Notes under the pieces: generated by a model
What the model saw: only the letters and a program-made list of their open reading frames with translations
Databases searched by the model: none
Told to the model about the DNA's origin: nothing
Shown here: in pieces, positions 1 to 9,900 of the stretch
Position numbering within the stretch: the first letter of the stretch is position 1
Layout: every line of letters begins with the position of its first letter
Translations under genes and position numbers: made by a program
Assembly (NCBI GenBank): GCA_038063915.1
Contig: JBBTUE010000004.1
Span: 102,719-166,718 of the forward strand
Length of the DNA: 64,000 nucleotides
Reading direction: 5' to 3'
Source: Patescibacteria group bacterium
GTDB taxonomy: Bacteria; Patescibacteriota; Minisyncoccia; Phycocordibacterales; UBA9973

Positions 1-64
1 AGCATGGTATTGCCTCCACCGATGACACCATTTTTCGCAACCGCAGCTATAATTGAAAGTATCA

Positions 65-913
65 TTATTTTATAATATCTAGACCAGTAATAGGTTCACT
101 AGGATTGAAATATGGAGCAAATGATTGATAAATATCGTCTACCAAAGACTCGTCTTTTTTTTCAGCCCTTTCAAAAATATTTTCGGGTAGGATTGGGAAT
201 ACGTTCGGATGCTCATTTGCCCTTTTAATTAGTTCCAACGCCCCCTCGTAGTGGTTATCATATATATGAGCGTTTGATATTGTGTGGGTATATATCCCAG
301 GTTTCACTCCAAGCTTCTGGGCGAGGGTACACATCAGAAGACTAAACCCAAAAGTATCAAATGGGCAACCTAGCATCATGTCGTTTGATCTTACTATGTT
401 GTGCATATGAAGACGCCCACCGATTATATTTACAGTGAATGCAAATGGGCATGGTGCATTCTTTTTGTAAGTAGCTTTTAGACCTTTGCCATAGAGTCCG
501 TCATCACCTGCATCCCAGGTTATAACCACCCCTTGCCTTGAATGGGGTTCTTCTTGTAGATGTTTTATAAGTTGACCGAGTTGGTCACGACCAAAATGAT
601 GTCTCCATCGGTACCCATATGCTGAAGTGATAGTGCCATCTTCCTCGATGAACTCGTCCCACATCTTTGTATATTTTCGCAGGAACTCCGTATCTTTATC
701 GCCGGTAATGAACCAGACTTGTTCAGCAATTGGAGATTTGATAGGATTTTTACGAAGAGTCAGAACAGGGAAGCCGTCCTTCTCAATGTCAGTTTGGAAA
801 GTTAGGCCAGGTAGTATCTTTATCTTATGGCCAGTACGCTCATTGAGCTCTTCGATACCGTCCTCCATTATTCTTTTTATTAGATTTTGATAGATTGTGT
901 CAAACGTCGTCAT
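65..913 (-). CDS. ThyA-family (thymidylate synthase fold) enzyme, predicted cytosine-specific: deoxycytidylate hydroxymethylase or dCMP methylase
   Basis: Aligns to E. coli ThyA without gaps from the catalytic Cys (APC, Cys163; codon 449-451) through R166/S167/D169 to Asn177. Here Asn177 is Asp194 (codon 356-358) in RSND...PFD, the T4 dCMP hydroxymethylase signature. ERTG, WDE, YGxxWR and SRxG motifs are present; R127 is Gln. Start taken at MTTFDTIYQ (cat at 911-913). Confidence 0.75.
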   Translation of the reverse strand: MTTFDTIYQNLIKRIMEDGIEELNERTGHKIKILPGLTFQTDIEKDGFPVLTLRKNPIKSPIAEQVWFITGDKDTEFLRKYTKMWDEFIEEDGTITSAYGYRWRHHFGRDQLGQLIKHLQEEPHSRQGVVITWDAGDDGLYGKGLKATYKKNAPCPFAFTVNIIGGRLHMHNIVRSNDMMLGCPFDTFGFSLLMCTLAQKLGVKPGIYTHTISNAHIYDNHYEGALELIKRANEHPNVFPILPENIFERAEKKDESLVDDIYQSFAPYFNPSEPITGLDIIK

Positions 914-943
914 GTAGTAGAGTATACAATAAAACATACAACC

Positions 944-1462
944 ATGGAAATAACTGCATCAAATTTAAAATATCCCTACTTGCCCAATGGGCGAGTTATA
1001 TTATATGTACCTATTGATAGTATATACATGAGCGCTGCCAAAGAAATAGCACTCACTTCTTATGATAGAGCTATGCCTACAGGAGCTGTCGCAGTGATAG
1101 AAGGTGATATCATAGCTAAAGCCAGTAATAAGCCACCACTCCGCAATAATTTTTTAGTTAATCTTCACAAGAAATACTGTATCCGTAGGATTTTTGGTAT
1201 TCCTTCTGGCCAAAAGTACTGGCTTTGTCCAGGATGTGCCGGAAGTGAAAATCACGCCGAATCTCGTGTAAGTACAGAATTAAAAAAGAAAGGTAATACT
1301 AAGCCCTTCGATCTGTATCTATGGGGGCATTGGTGGTGTTGTGAGCCATGCTGGAATGCTATGATTTCTGCAGGAGTCAAAGATGTCTACCTACTTGATA
1401 GGAGTGAAATTCTGTTCAATAATCTCAATAAAGATAATATAATAGGAAGACAATTTCAATAA
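944..1462 (+). CDS. deoxycytidylate (dCMP) deaminase family zinc enzyme
   Basis: HAE...PCxxC zinc/catalytic motifs (HAESRV, CCEPCWNAMISAGVKDVY); GAVAVIEGDIIAKASN core. Divergent from the ThyA-like gene with a 30-bp gap. Start chosen at internal ATG (MEITASN). Confidence 0.7.
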   Translation: MEITASNLKYPYLPNGRVILYVPIDSIYMSAAKEIALTSYDRAMPTGAVAVIEGDIIAKASNKPPLRNNFLVNLHKKYCIRRIFGIPSGQKYWLCPGCAGSENHAESRVSTELKKKGNTKPFDLYLWGHWWCCEPCWNAMISAGVKDVYLLDRSEILFNNLNKDNIIGRQFQ

Positions 1463-1465
1463 TAA

Positions 1466-1497
1466 AAAGCCGGCCCAAAGGGCCCGCTTTTTTGTTT
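1466..1497 (+). terminator. rho-independent terminator
   Basis: ggccc-aaa-gggcc hairpin followed by cgcttttttgttt. Confidence 0.5.
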
Positions 1498-1546
1498 ACC
1501 AGACTCGTGCTAAAATCAGGACATTACTCTTAACTATCAAAACTGC

Positions 1547-2725
1547 ATGAAGGACAAAGAAGTAGAAAAACTAATAAAAGCTGAAGAGAAGAGGCAGAAA
1601 AGCGTCATTAATCTTATCGCATCTGAAAATTATGTTTCCGACGATATTCTCAAAGCTCTCGGCTCAAAACTTACCAATAAGTATGCTGAAGGTTATCCAG
1701 GTCGCAGATACTATGGAGGCAACGAAATCATCGACAAAGTTGAGACACTTTGTATCGACCGTGCACTGAAGCTTTTTAAATTAAAGAAAGCCGATTGGCA
1801 TGTAAATGCTCAACTTCTCTCAGGTAGTCCGGCCAATTTTGCACTGTACTCTGCACTCGTACCACTAGGTGGAAAAATCATGGGAATGAAGCTCACAGCA
1901 GGTGGTCACCTTACTCATGGCCACCCACTTTCAATGACAGGTAAACTTTGGAAGCCAGTCCAATTTGAGCTTGACCCAAAAACTGAAATGATTGATTACA
2001 AGGCTCTTGAATCTATCGCTATGGTTGAACGTCCAGATATCATCGTCGCTGGATTTACTGCGTATCCAAGAATTGTTGATTTTAAAAAGTTTCGCGCGAT
2101 TGCAGATAAATGCCAGGCGCTCCTTCATGTAGACATGTCGCACTTTGCAGGGCTTATTGCAGGGGGAGTGTACCCATCTCCATTTCCATATGCAGATTCT
2201 GTTATGACGACTACTCACAAATCTCTTCGCGGTCCGAGGCAAGCGCTTCTTTTTGTGAAAAAGGATTCCCGAGAATTTGATAAGAAATTAGATAAGATGG
2301 TAATCCCCGGGCTATTTGGTGGACCACATGAGAACAATATCGCAGCTGTGGCTATTGCTCTAAAAGAGGCAGACACACCAGCGTTTAAAAAATATGCAAA
2401 GCAAGTCGTAAAAAATGCTCAGACCCTTGCAAATGAGCTTCAGAAATTAGGCTGGCATATTATATCGGGCGGTACAGACTCCCATCTTATACTTATGGAC
2501 ACTTGGATGAATGGAGTTGGTGTCTCAGGTTCTGATGCAAGTAAAAAACTTGAGAAAGCTGGAATAATTGTAAACATGAATACAATTCCAGGCGACCCTC
2601 GTTCTGTCATGGACCCCTCCGGTATTCGCCTTGGAACATGTGCTGAGACTACAATAGGAAAGAAGGAGAAGGATATGATAAAAATCGCAAGAAAGATTGA
2701 TAAAATTTTAAAAAGGAAGAAGTAG
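1547..2725 (+). CDS. glyA: serine hydroxymethyltransferase
   Basis: Full-length SHMT signature (ASENY, YAEGYPGRRYYGG, TTTHKSLRGPR PLP-lysine region). Confidence 0.95.
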   Translation: MKDKEVEKLIKAEEKRQKSVINLIASENYVSDDILKALGSKLTNKYAEGYPGRRYYGGNEIIDKVETLCIDRALKLFKLKKADWHVNAQLLSGSPANFALYSALVPLGGKIMGMKLTAGGHLTHGHPLSMTGKLWKPVQFELDPKTEMIDYKALESIAMVERPDIIVAGFTAYPRIVDFKKFRAIADKCQALLHVDMSHFAGLIAGGVYPSPFPYADSVMTTTHKSLRGPRQALLFVKKDSREFDKKLDKMVIPGLFGGPHENNIAAVAIALKEADTPAFKKYAKQVVKNAQTLANELQKLGWHIISGGTDSHLILMDTWMNGVGVSGSDASKKLEKAGIIVNMNTIPGDPRSVMDPSGIRLGTCAETTIGKKEKDMIKIARKIDKILKRKK

Positions 2726-2726
2726 A

Positions 2727-3188
2727 ATGCCTCATATTCACGAAAAAATTGATTTTACAGTAGAAGTATTTATTGTTCATAAAGACAAAGTTCTTCTTCG
2801 TATGCATGATAAATATCATTTATGGCTCTCTGTTGGTGGACATATAGAACTTGACGAAGATCCAGTCCAAGCTGCAATCAGAGAAGTAAAGGAAGAGGTA
2901 GGATTAGATATAAAAATTACAGGAGACGTTCCAGAATTTGATGATGGTGACTATACCTACCTGGCTACTCCCAAGTATATTGGTCGTCACAAAGTGAATG
3001 ATATTCATACCCATGTTGTTTTAGTTTATTTTGCCACATCCAATACTGATAAGGTGGTAGATTCAGAGAACGAACATGAGAAAACAGAAACGCGATGGGT
3101 CACAAAAGATGAACTTTCAAAAATGGATCTTCGTCCAAATATTCTCCACCTCGCTACTAAAGCTTTAGAAGAATTAGGAGAAAAATAA
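2727..3188 (+). CDS. NUDIX hydrolase
   Basis: Nudix box GGHIELDEDPVQAAIREVKEEVGL. Confidence 0.8.
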   Translation: MPHIHEKIDFTVEVFIVHKDKVLLRMHDKYHLWLSVGGHIELDEDPVQAAIREVKEEVGLDIKITGDVPEFDDGDYTYLATPKYIGRHKVNDIHTHVVLVYFATSNTDKVVDSENEHEKTETRWVTKDELSKMDLRPNILHLATKALEELGEK

Positions 3189-3189
3189 T

Positions 3190-3615
3190 ATGAGTATTGA
3201 AATTACAAAAGTTGGTATGGGAGTTGTAATTCTTAAAGAAGGGAAAATCCTTCTTGGTAAACGCAAGGGTTCTTTTGGTTCTGAAGAGTATGCATCACCC
3301 GGAGGTCATCTTGAATATATGGAATCATTTGAAAATGGCATTCGTAGGGAAGTACGAGAGGAATGTGGTATTGAGATAAAGAATATAAAATTCATTCATG
3401 TTGCAAACGAAGTTACATATGCACCAAAACATTATGTAAATGTTCAATTTCTTGCAGATTGGGAAAGCGGAGAACCTATAACTTTCGAGAGTGAAAAGAT
3501 TGGTGGTTGGAATTGGTATTCTTTTGATAGTCTTCCTGATAAAATTTTTGAACTAACTAGAAAGGGAATAGAGTCATACAAAACAGGTAGAAACTATTTT
3601 GATATAGAAAAATAA
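3190..3615 (+). CDS. NUDIX hydrolase
   Basis: Nudix box GGHLEYMESFENGIRREVREECGI. Confidence 0.8.
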   Translation: MSIEITKVGMGVVILKEGKILLGKRKGSFGSEEYASPGGHLEYMESFENGIRREVREECGIEIKNIKFIHVANEVTYAPKHYVNVQFLADWESGEPITFESEKIGGWNWYSFDSLPDKIFELTRKGIESYKTGRNYFDIEK

Positions 3616-3618
3616 TTT

Positions 3619-4314
3619 ATGAAAAAAGGCAAACTCATAGTCATAGATGGAACGGATGGATCTGGGAAGGCGACCCAAGTCGCTTTACTCACTACACGAC
3701 TGAAGAAGGAAGGATACACAGTCAAGAATGTAGATTTTCCTGAATACTATAAAAATTTTTTTGGGAAATTTATCGGTCACTGTCTTTCCGAGCAGTACTA
3801 TAACTTTGTCAAAGTGCACCCCAAGATTGCCTCAGTCCTTTATGCAGCGGACCGATTCCAATCAAAAGATGAGATAGAGGGTTGGCTTAAAAAGGGTTAT
3901 GTAGTGATTGCCAATCGTTATGTGAGTGCAAACCAAATCCATCAAGGTGGTAAAATTAAGAATGCGAAAAAAAGAGAGGCGTTTATAAAATGGCTCGACG
4001 AGATGGAGTATCAAGTTTTTAAAATCCCTAGACCAAATACTGTATTTTATTTAAGTTTACCACTACCTATAATTTTAAAATTAATAAAAGAACGCAATGG
4101 CAAAATGAAACGTGCTTACCTAAAGAAGCATAAAGATGTACATGAGAGTGATAAACAATTCTTGATAAATTCTCGCAATAGCGCTCTTTGGCTTGCTAAG
4201 ACACAAAAATATTACAGAAAGATTGATTGCGCAATAGGCAACTCTATCCGCACTCGCGACGATATACACCAAGAGATTTACGAGAAAGTAAAAGTGTTAC
4301 TAAAAAACAAATAA
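3619..4314 (+). CDS. tmk: thymidylate kinase family (dTMP / dNMP kinase)
   Basis: P-loop IVIDGTDGSGKATQ, RY lid region, Tmk length. Confidence 0.8.
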   Translation: MKKGKLIVIDGTDGSGKATQVALLTTRLKKEGYTVKNVDFPEYYKNFFGKFIGHCLSEQYYNFVKVHPKIASVLYAADRFQSKDEIEGWLKKGYVVIANRYVSANQIHQGGKIKNAKKREAFIKWLDEMEYQVFKIPRPNTVFYLSLPLPIILKLIKERNGKMKRAYLKKHKDVHESDKQFLINSRNSALWLAKTQKYYRKIDCAIGNSIRTRDDIHQEIYEKVKVLLKNK

Positions 4315-4347
4315 AGATACCGTTGCGGTATCTTTAAATATTTTTTT
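4315..4347. terminator. bidirectional hairpin terminator
   Basis: gataccg-ttg-cggtatc followed by tttaaatattttttt; lies between tmk stop and the minus-strand ORF stop. Confidence 0.55.
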
Positions 4348-4360
4348 ACCAACGGCCTTA

Positions 4361-4732
4361 TTATGACTGTCTCAGTGTGCATCTTTTACAGTAGTGAGAT
4401 AGATGAACTTTCTTGGTCTCAGAAGACTGAGACCCTATCACTGGAATCGAAACTGATACAGGTAGTTTGTCAGTATCTTTGTATCCAAAGTGTTTCTTTG
4501 CCGAGTCACTTCGACAATCTCCTCTACCAGGGAATTTTTTCCCTCTGTAAAAACATAAGGAGCAGTCTCTTGGTTCTGAAGTCCCTTGTATAAATTGAGA
4601 GATAAATGGAAGACCATCCAGTGTGTTGGTTTCGGGGTCGTAGCCCTTTTTGGCTTTGACGGTGTTTTCGTTTGTCATAGAACTACTTTTGTTTTGAAAT
4701 ATTAAATTATCATTAATTGCTCCCTTTGTCAA
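4361..4732 (-). CDS. small hypothetical protein (possible start at internal MTNENTV)
   Basis: Only clean ORF in the 450-bp tmk-dut spacer. Opposite strand to all neighbours, terminator on its 3' side, no recognisable motif. Confidence 0.25.
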   Translation of the reverse strand: MTKGAINDNLIFQNKSSSMTNENTVKAKKGYDPETNTLDGLPFISQFIQGTSEPRDCSLCFYRGKKFPGRGDCRSDSAKKHFGYKDTDKLPVSVSIPVIGSQSSETKKVHLSHYCKRCTLRQS

Positions 4733-4770
4733 ATATAATAACGGGTTTTAATTATGTTATATTTATAATT

Positions 4771-5193
4771 ATGCGGATTAAAGTTAAAAAATTAAAGGAG
4801 GATGCGAAGTTGCCGACATATGCACATCCAGGAGATGTAGGCATGGATATGTATGCTATGGAAACGGTCACAATTCCTCCGATGGGGCACTACCGTTTCT
4901 GGCATGGTTTTGCTCTAGAATTTCCGGTAGGTTACGGTGGTATAATAATGGACAAAGGTAGTATGTCAAAAGCTGGACTTATACATATGGGTGGAGTCTA
5001 TGATGCAGGGTATAGAGGAGAATACAATACACATCTAGTAAATCTTGGCACAGAGCCCTATACAGTAGAGGAGGGAGACAAAGTTTCTCAGCTCGTCATA
5101 ATGCCAGTAGAAATAGTTGAATTTGAAGTTACGGATACACTTAGTGAGTCATCACGTGGTGAGGGAATGTTTGGAAGTACAGGGAAGAAATGA
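4771..5193 (+). CDS. dut: dUTP diphosphatase
   Basis: dUTPase motifs (AHPGDVGMD, DAGYRGE, C-terminal RGEGMFGSTG). The ORF-track start at 4717 is TTG; the ATG at 4771 fits the family N-terminus. Confidence 0.85.
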   Translation: MRIKVKKLKEDAKLPTYAHPGDVGMDMYAMETVTIPPMGHYRFWHGFALEFPVGYGGIIMDKGSMSKAGLIHMGGVYDAGYRGEYNTHLVNLGTEPYTVEEGDKVSQLVIMPVEIVEFEVTDTLSESSRGEGMFGSTGKK

Positions 5194-6917
5194 TAAAAGA
5201 AAAAATTATACAAATTATAGACGATGCACTAAAAAATCTTGGCATTAAAGCCGAAGGTATTATTCTTGAGCATCCTGCAGATATTGAAATGGGCGATTAT
5301 TCCACCAATGTCGCAATGGCTTATGCTAAGCAGTTAGGAACAAACCCTCGAGAGTTGGCAGAAAAAATTAAAATAGAACTAGAAAAAAACTTACCTAAAG
5401 AAATTGAAAAAGTTGAAGTCGCAGGTGCAGGGTTTATAAATTTTTACTTATCTCGGGAATTTTTCACAAATTCAACTAAGGAAATACTAAAACAAAAAGA
5501 AAACTGGGGGAAAAATGAAATACTATCTAGCAAGAAGGTCATGGTGGAGTATACACAGCCGAACCCGTTCAAGCCATTCCACATAGGCCATCTTATGAGT
5601 AATGCTATAGGTGAATCTATCTCTCGTATTGTTGAATTCTCCGGGGCAAAAACTGTAAGAGCAAATTACCAAGGGGATGTAGGTCCTCATGTAGCCAAAG
5701 CTATATACGGCATCATGTGGTTATCTGATAACGCGTCGAATGAAAAGCTACAAACAACTGACCCAGCTGGAGAATTGGCAGAGTGGATCGGTGAGTGCTA
5801 CACCAAAGGTGCACAAGCTTACGAAGAAAATGAAAGCATTAAAATTCAAATCGATGAAATAAATAAAAAGATATATGATAAGAGTGATAACGAGATAAAT
5901 AAAATATATGACTGGGGACGCGAAGTAACGTTGTGTGCGTTTGAAGAAATATACCAGATTCTAGGTACAAAGTTTAACTATTATTTTTTTGAGAGTGAAA
6001 TGGCGCCAATAGGTGAGAAGATTGTACGAGAGAATATTGGAGGAGTATTCACCGAGAGTGAGGGCGCAATTGTATTCCATGCCGAGAATTACGACCCAAA
6101 GCTCCATACTAGAGTCTTTATCACATCTCTAGGCATTCCTTTATATGAGACAAAAGAAGTGGGGCTGACTGTGACTAAATTCGAGAAAGAAAATCCTGAT
6201 ATCTCTATTATCACTACCGCCATTGAGCAAGGAGAATATATGAAAGTTGTACAAAAGGCAGTATCGCTAATTCACCCTGATTACGAATCACGTATGAAGC
6301 ATGTTACTCACGGTATGATGCGACTGACTTCTGGGAAAATGTCATCTCGCAAAGGTAATGTAGTGACAGGCGAGTCGTTATTGCGAGACTCTATGGATGT
6401 AGTGCGTGAGAAAGTCGCGAGTAGAGATTTATCAGCTGAAGAAAAAGACACTATAGCTAAAGTTGTCGGAGTAGCAGCTCTAAAGTACTCCATACTTCGT
6501 TCATCTCTTGGCTCAGATATCGTTTATGATTTTGAGAAGTCTATTTCATTTGAAGGGGATTCGGGTCCATACTTGCAATACACTGCAGTGCGTGCGAATT
6601 CTATTATTAAAAAAAGTGAAGCAGAGGGTATACACTTAGTATATAAAAATATACCAACCGACATTACAATACTTGAGAAAAATCTTTACAAATTTCCTGA
6701 AATCGTCGCCCGCTCATACTTACTCCTTGAACCCCATCATATAGCGACATATCTGACCGAGCTTTCCAGTGCGTTCAATACTTTTTATGCGAATACGCAG
6801 ATAGTAAATAAAAGTGACCCATACGCGCCTTACCGCGTCGCCCTTGTTGAAGCATTTCACCAGACTATGAAGAACGGTCTCTATCTCCTCGGCATAAAAA
6901 CCCCAGATAAGATGTAA
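5190..6917 (+). CDS. argS: arginyl-tRNA synthetase
   Basis: Class I HIGH (PFHIGHLMSNAIG), KMSSRKG, C-terminal DALR-type domain ending in M; ATGA overlap with dut. Confidence 0.9.
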   Translation: MIKEKIIQIIDDALKNLGIKAEGIILEHPADIEMGDYSTNVAMAYAKQLGTNPRELAEKIKIELEKNLPKEIEKVEVAGAGFINFYLSREFFTNSTKEILKQKENWGKNEILSSKKVMVEYTQPNPFKPFHIGHLMSNAIGESISRIVEFSGAKTVRANYQGDVGPHVAKAIYGIMWLSDNASNEKLQTTDPAGELAEWIGECYTKGAQAYEENESIKIQIDEINKKIYDKSDNEINKIYDWGREVTLCAFEEIYQILGTKFNYYFFESEMAPIGEKIVRENIGGVFTESEGAIVFHAENYDPKLHTRVFITSLGIPLYETKEVGLTVTKFEKENPDISIITTAIEQGEYMKVVQKAVSLIHPDYESRMKHVTHGMMRLTSGKMSSRKGNVVTGESLLRDSMDVVREKVASRDLSAEEKDTIAKVVGVAALKYSILRSSLGSDIVYDFEKSISFEGDSGPYLQYTAVRANSIIKKSEAEGIHLVYKNIPTDITILEKNLYKFPEIVARSYLLLEPHHIATYLTELSSAFNTFYANTQIVNKSDPYAPYRVALVEAFHQTMKNGLYLLGIKTPDKM

Positions 6918-6949
6918 AAGCATCAAATTTATGTTAAAATCAGCCAATA

Positions 6950-9900
6950 ATGGCTGGGAAAGAAGACAATAATAAATCGGAAGTAGCGCTCCGCGAGGAG
7001 CGGGTTTTGGAGTTTTGGCAGGAGAATAATACTTTTCAAAAAACTTTAGAAAAAGATTCACCAAAAGGCGAGTTCGTTTTTTACGAAGGCCCTCCGACTG
7101 CCAATGGTAAACCAGGAATTCATCACCTCGAAGCCAGAGCTTTCAAGGATGCAATTCCAAGATATAAAACCATGCGTGGATATCATGTACGTCGTAAAGG
7201 TGGCTGGGATACTCATGGGCTACCCGTAGAACTCCAAGTGGAAAAGAAGCTTGAATTAAACTCCAAGAAAGCTATTGAAGAGTATGGTATAGCAGAGTTC
7301 AATAAACAGTGCAAGGAAAGTGTCTGGGAATATTTAGATATTTGGAATAAATTTACCAAGCGTATAGGTTACTGGGTGGACCAAGAGAATCCATATGTTA
7401 CTTATCATAATGATTATATAGAATCTGTCTGGAATGTTCTTGCCCAAGTAGAAGATAGGAAACTTCTATATAAAGATTACAAAGTAGTGCCATGGTGCCC
7501 GCGCTGTGGTACAGCCCTTTCTTCCCACGAACTTGCGCAAGGATACCAAGATGATAAAGATTTGTCGGTAACTGCAAAGTTTAAAATAAAAGGCGTTGTT
7601 GATGGTTATTTTTTGGCTTGGACTACAACTCCATGGACACTAGCAGGCAATGTTGCTCTTGCGGTTGGAAGTGAGATTATCTATGTTGAGGCAAAAGTTG
7701 GGCCGGAGGTTTTAGTTTTAGCAAAGGATAGGCTTTCTATAATTACTGATCCATATGAAATAGTGGCAGAACACAAAGGTAGTGAAATGGTTGGTATGGA
7801 ATACGAGCCACTTTATCCATATCTGTCTACTCTTGATGTGGGAGATGAAAAATTAAAAAATGCATATAAAGTTTATCCGGCAGATTTCGTAAATACTACA
7901 GATGGTACTGGTATTGTGCATACAGCAGTCATGTATGGTCAGGATGACTTTGAGCTCGGTACAAAAATTGGTCTGCCAAAGTTCCACACAGTCGATGATA
8001 GTGGTCACTTTGTAAAAGGCACTGGTTTCTTGGAAGGAAGATTTGTTAAGGATGAAGAAGTCGCAGTTGATATTATCAAAGATCTGGCACACAGAGGCCT
8101 TTTATTTAAGAAAGAAAAATATGAACACTCATATCCTCACTGTTGGCGCTGTAAAACTGCGCTCATATACTATGCTCGTGATTCTTGGTATATCAGAATG
8201 TCTGATCCGAGTGTGAAAGATAAACTAATAGCTGAAAATAAAGAAATAAATTGGGAGCCACCACATATTCGCGATGGGCGCTTTGGAGAGTGGCTCAAAG
8301 ATATAAAAGATTGGGCAATATCTCGTGAGAGATATTGGGGGACGCCGCTACCTATATGGCAGAAAGCCGACGGTAGTAATATTGTAGTAGATTCGATTGA
8401 TACACTTAAAAAATACATCAAAAAAAGTGGTAACAGTTACTTCATCATGCGTCATGGTGGGACAGAAGGTAATTTAGAGGAGCTCGTGAGCTATAAACAT
8501 CAAGAGACTGACAATTTAACTGAAAATGGTAAAGAGCAAGTACGCGTATCTGCAGATAAATTAAAAGATCATAATATAGATATAGTAATATATTCTCCTT
8601 TTACTCGCACTACCGAGACTGCTACGATTGTAAAAGAAGTGCTTGGTCTTGGTAGTGAGCAGGTAATGCCCGACGCACGACTAATAGAAATAAACCCAGG
8701 GATATATGATGGTAAGAATTGGAGTGAATATCACGAGCATTTATATAATATGGAGCGTGGATGGTTTGTAAGGAAAATTCCTGAAGGAGAATCCCTACAA
8801 GATGTCACCGAAAGGTCAGGAGCAGTACTTTATGATCTCGAGGCTAAGTATTCTGGTAAGAATATTCTAATTATTACTCATGGTGGCCCTGCATGGGCTA
8901 TGTATGTCGCTTCTGGTATTTATGAGAAGCGTAATACTGAATATAAAAAAGCAGACACCCATGTATTTGTGAAAGAATTCAAACAATTTGGTAATGCTGA
9001 AGTAAGAGAACTACCATTCGTACCACTACCCCATGATAAACACAATATTTTAGATTTACATAAGCCATATATAGATGAAGTAGAGCTTTTTGACGAAGAA
9101 AGCCGCCCAATGACTCGAGTCAAAGAAGTCATGGATGTATGGTTCGACTCTGGGGCCATGCCCTTCGCGCAAGATCACTATCCGTTCGAAAATAAAGAAT
9201 GGGTGGATACTAAAGGATTCCCCGCCGACTATATTTGTGAAGCGATAGATCAGACTCGTGGATGGTTCTATACTTTGCACGCGATAGGCGTACTCACAGG
9301 TAGAGGCAAAGCCTTTAAAAATGTCATCTGCCTTGGACATATCTTAGATAAAGATGGGAAGAAAATGTCCAAGTCTGTCGGCAACGTCGTCGACCCATGG
9401 GAAATGATGGATAAATACGGAGTAGATACATTACGCCTATGGATGTATAGCGTGAATCAGCCCGGTGAATCAAAGAACTTTGACGAGAAGACAGTTTCCG
9501 AGCTCAACAACAAAGTATTTAATTTATTTTATAATGTACTCGCATTCTACGAACTATATAGAGACAAATCCATTGAAGATAGGGAATATAAAAAGTCAGA
9601 TAATATTCTTGATCAATGGATAATTGCCCGGCTAAACAAGCTCGTCTTAGATATGACGAATAGTATGGATAATTATAAACTTTTAGAACCAGTAAGAGGT
9701 ATACGCGAATTTGTCGATGAGCTTTCTACATGGTATGTCCGTCGCTCACGTGAGCGGATTAAGGACGGGGATGTAGATGTGAAGCAGACTCTGTACTTCG
9801 TATTAAAAACGTTTTCAAAAATTTTAGCTCCATTTGCACCGTTTGCAGCTGAAGACATATGGCAGAAGTTAAAAAATACTTCTGATGCAGAGAGTGTGCA

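Noticed and set aside
627-890. Antisense or nested ORFs inside well-supported genes (627-890, 1931-2242, 6308-6493, 7853-8092, 8920-9340, 9673-10014, 33703-34734, 34894-35592, 38557-39619, 40319-42275, 46174-46856, 57527-57913 and similar)
   Set aside because: Each lies wholly within a long, motif-supported CDS on the other strand or in another frame. They are a by-product of codon structure, with low-complexity translations and no family signatures.
4363-4593. Plus-strand 76-aa ORF in the tmk-dut spacer
   Set aside because: The translation is Cys/Ser/Leu-rich and nonsense-like. It overlaps the more plausible minus-strand ORF and has no start context.
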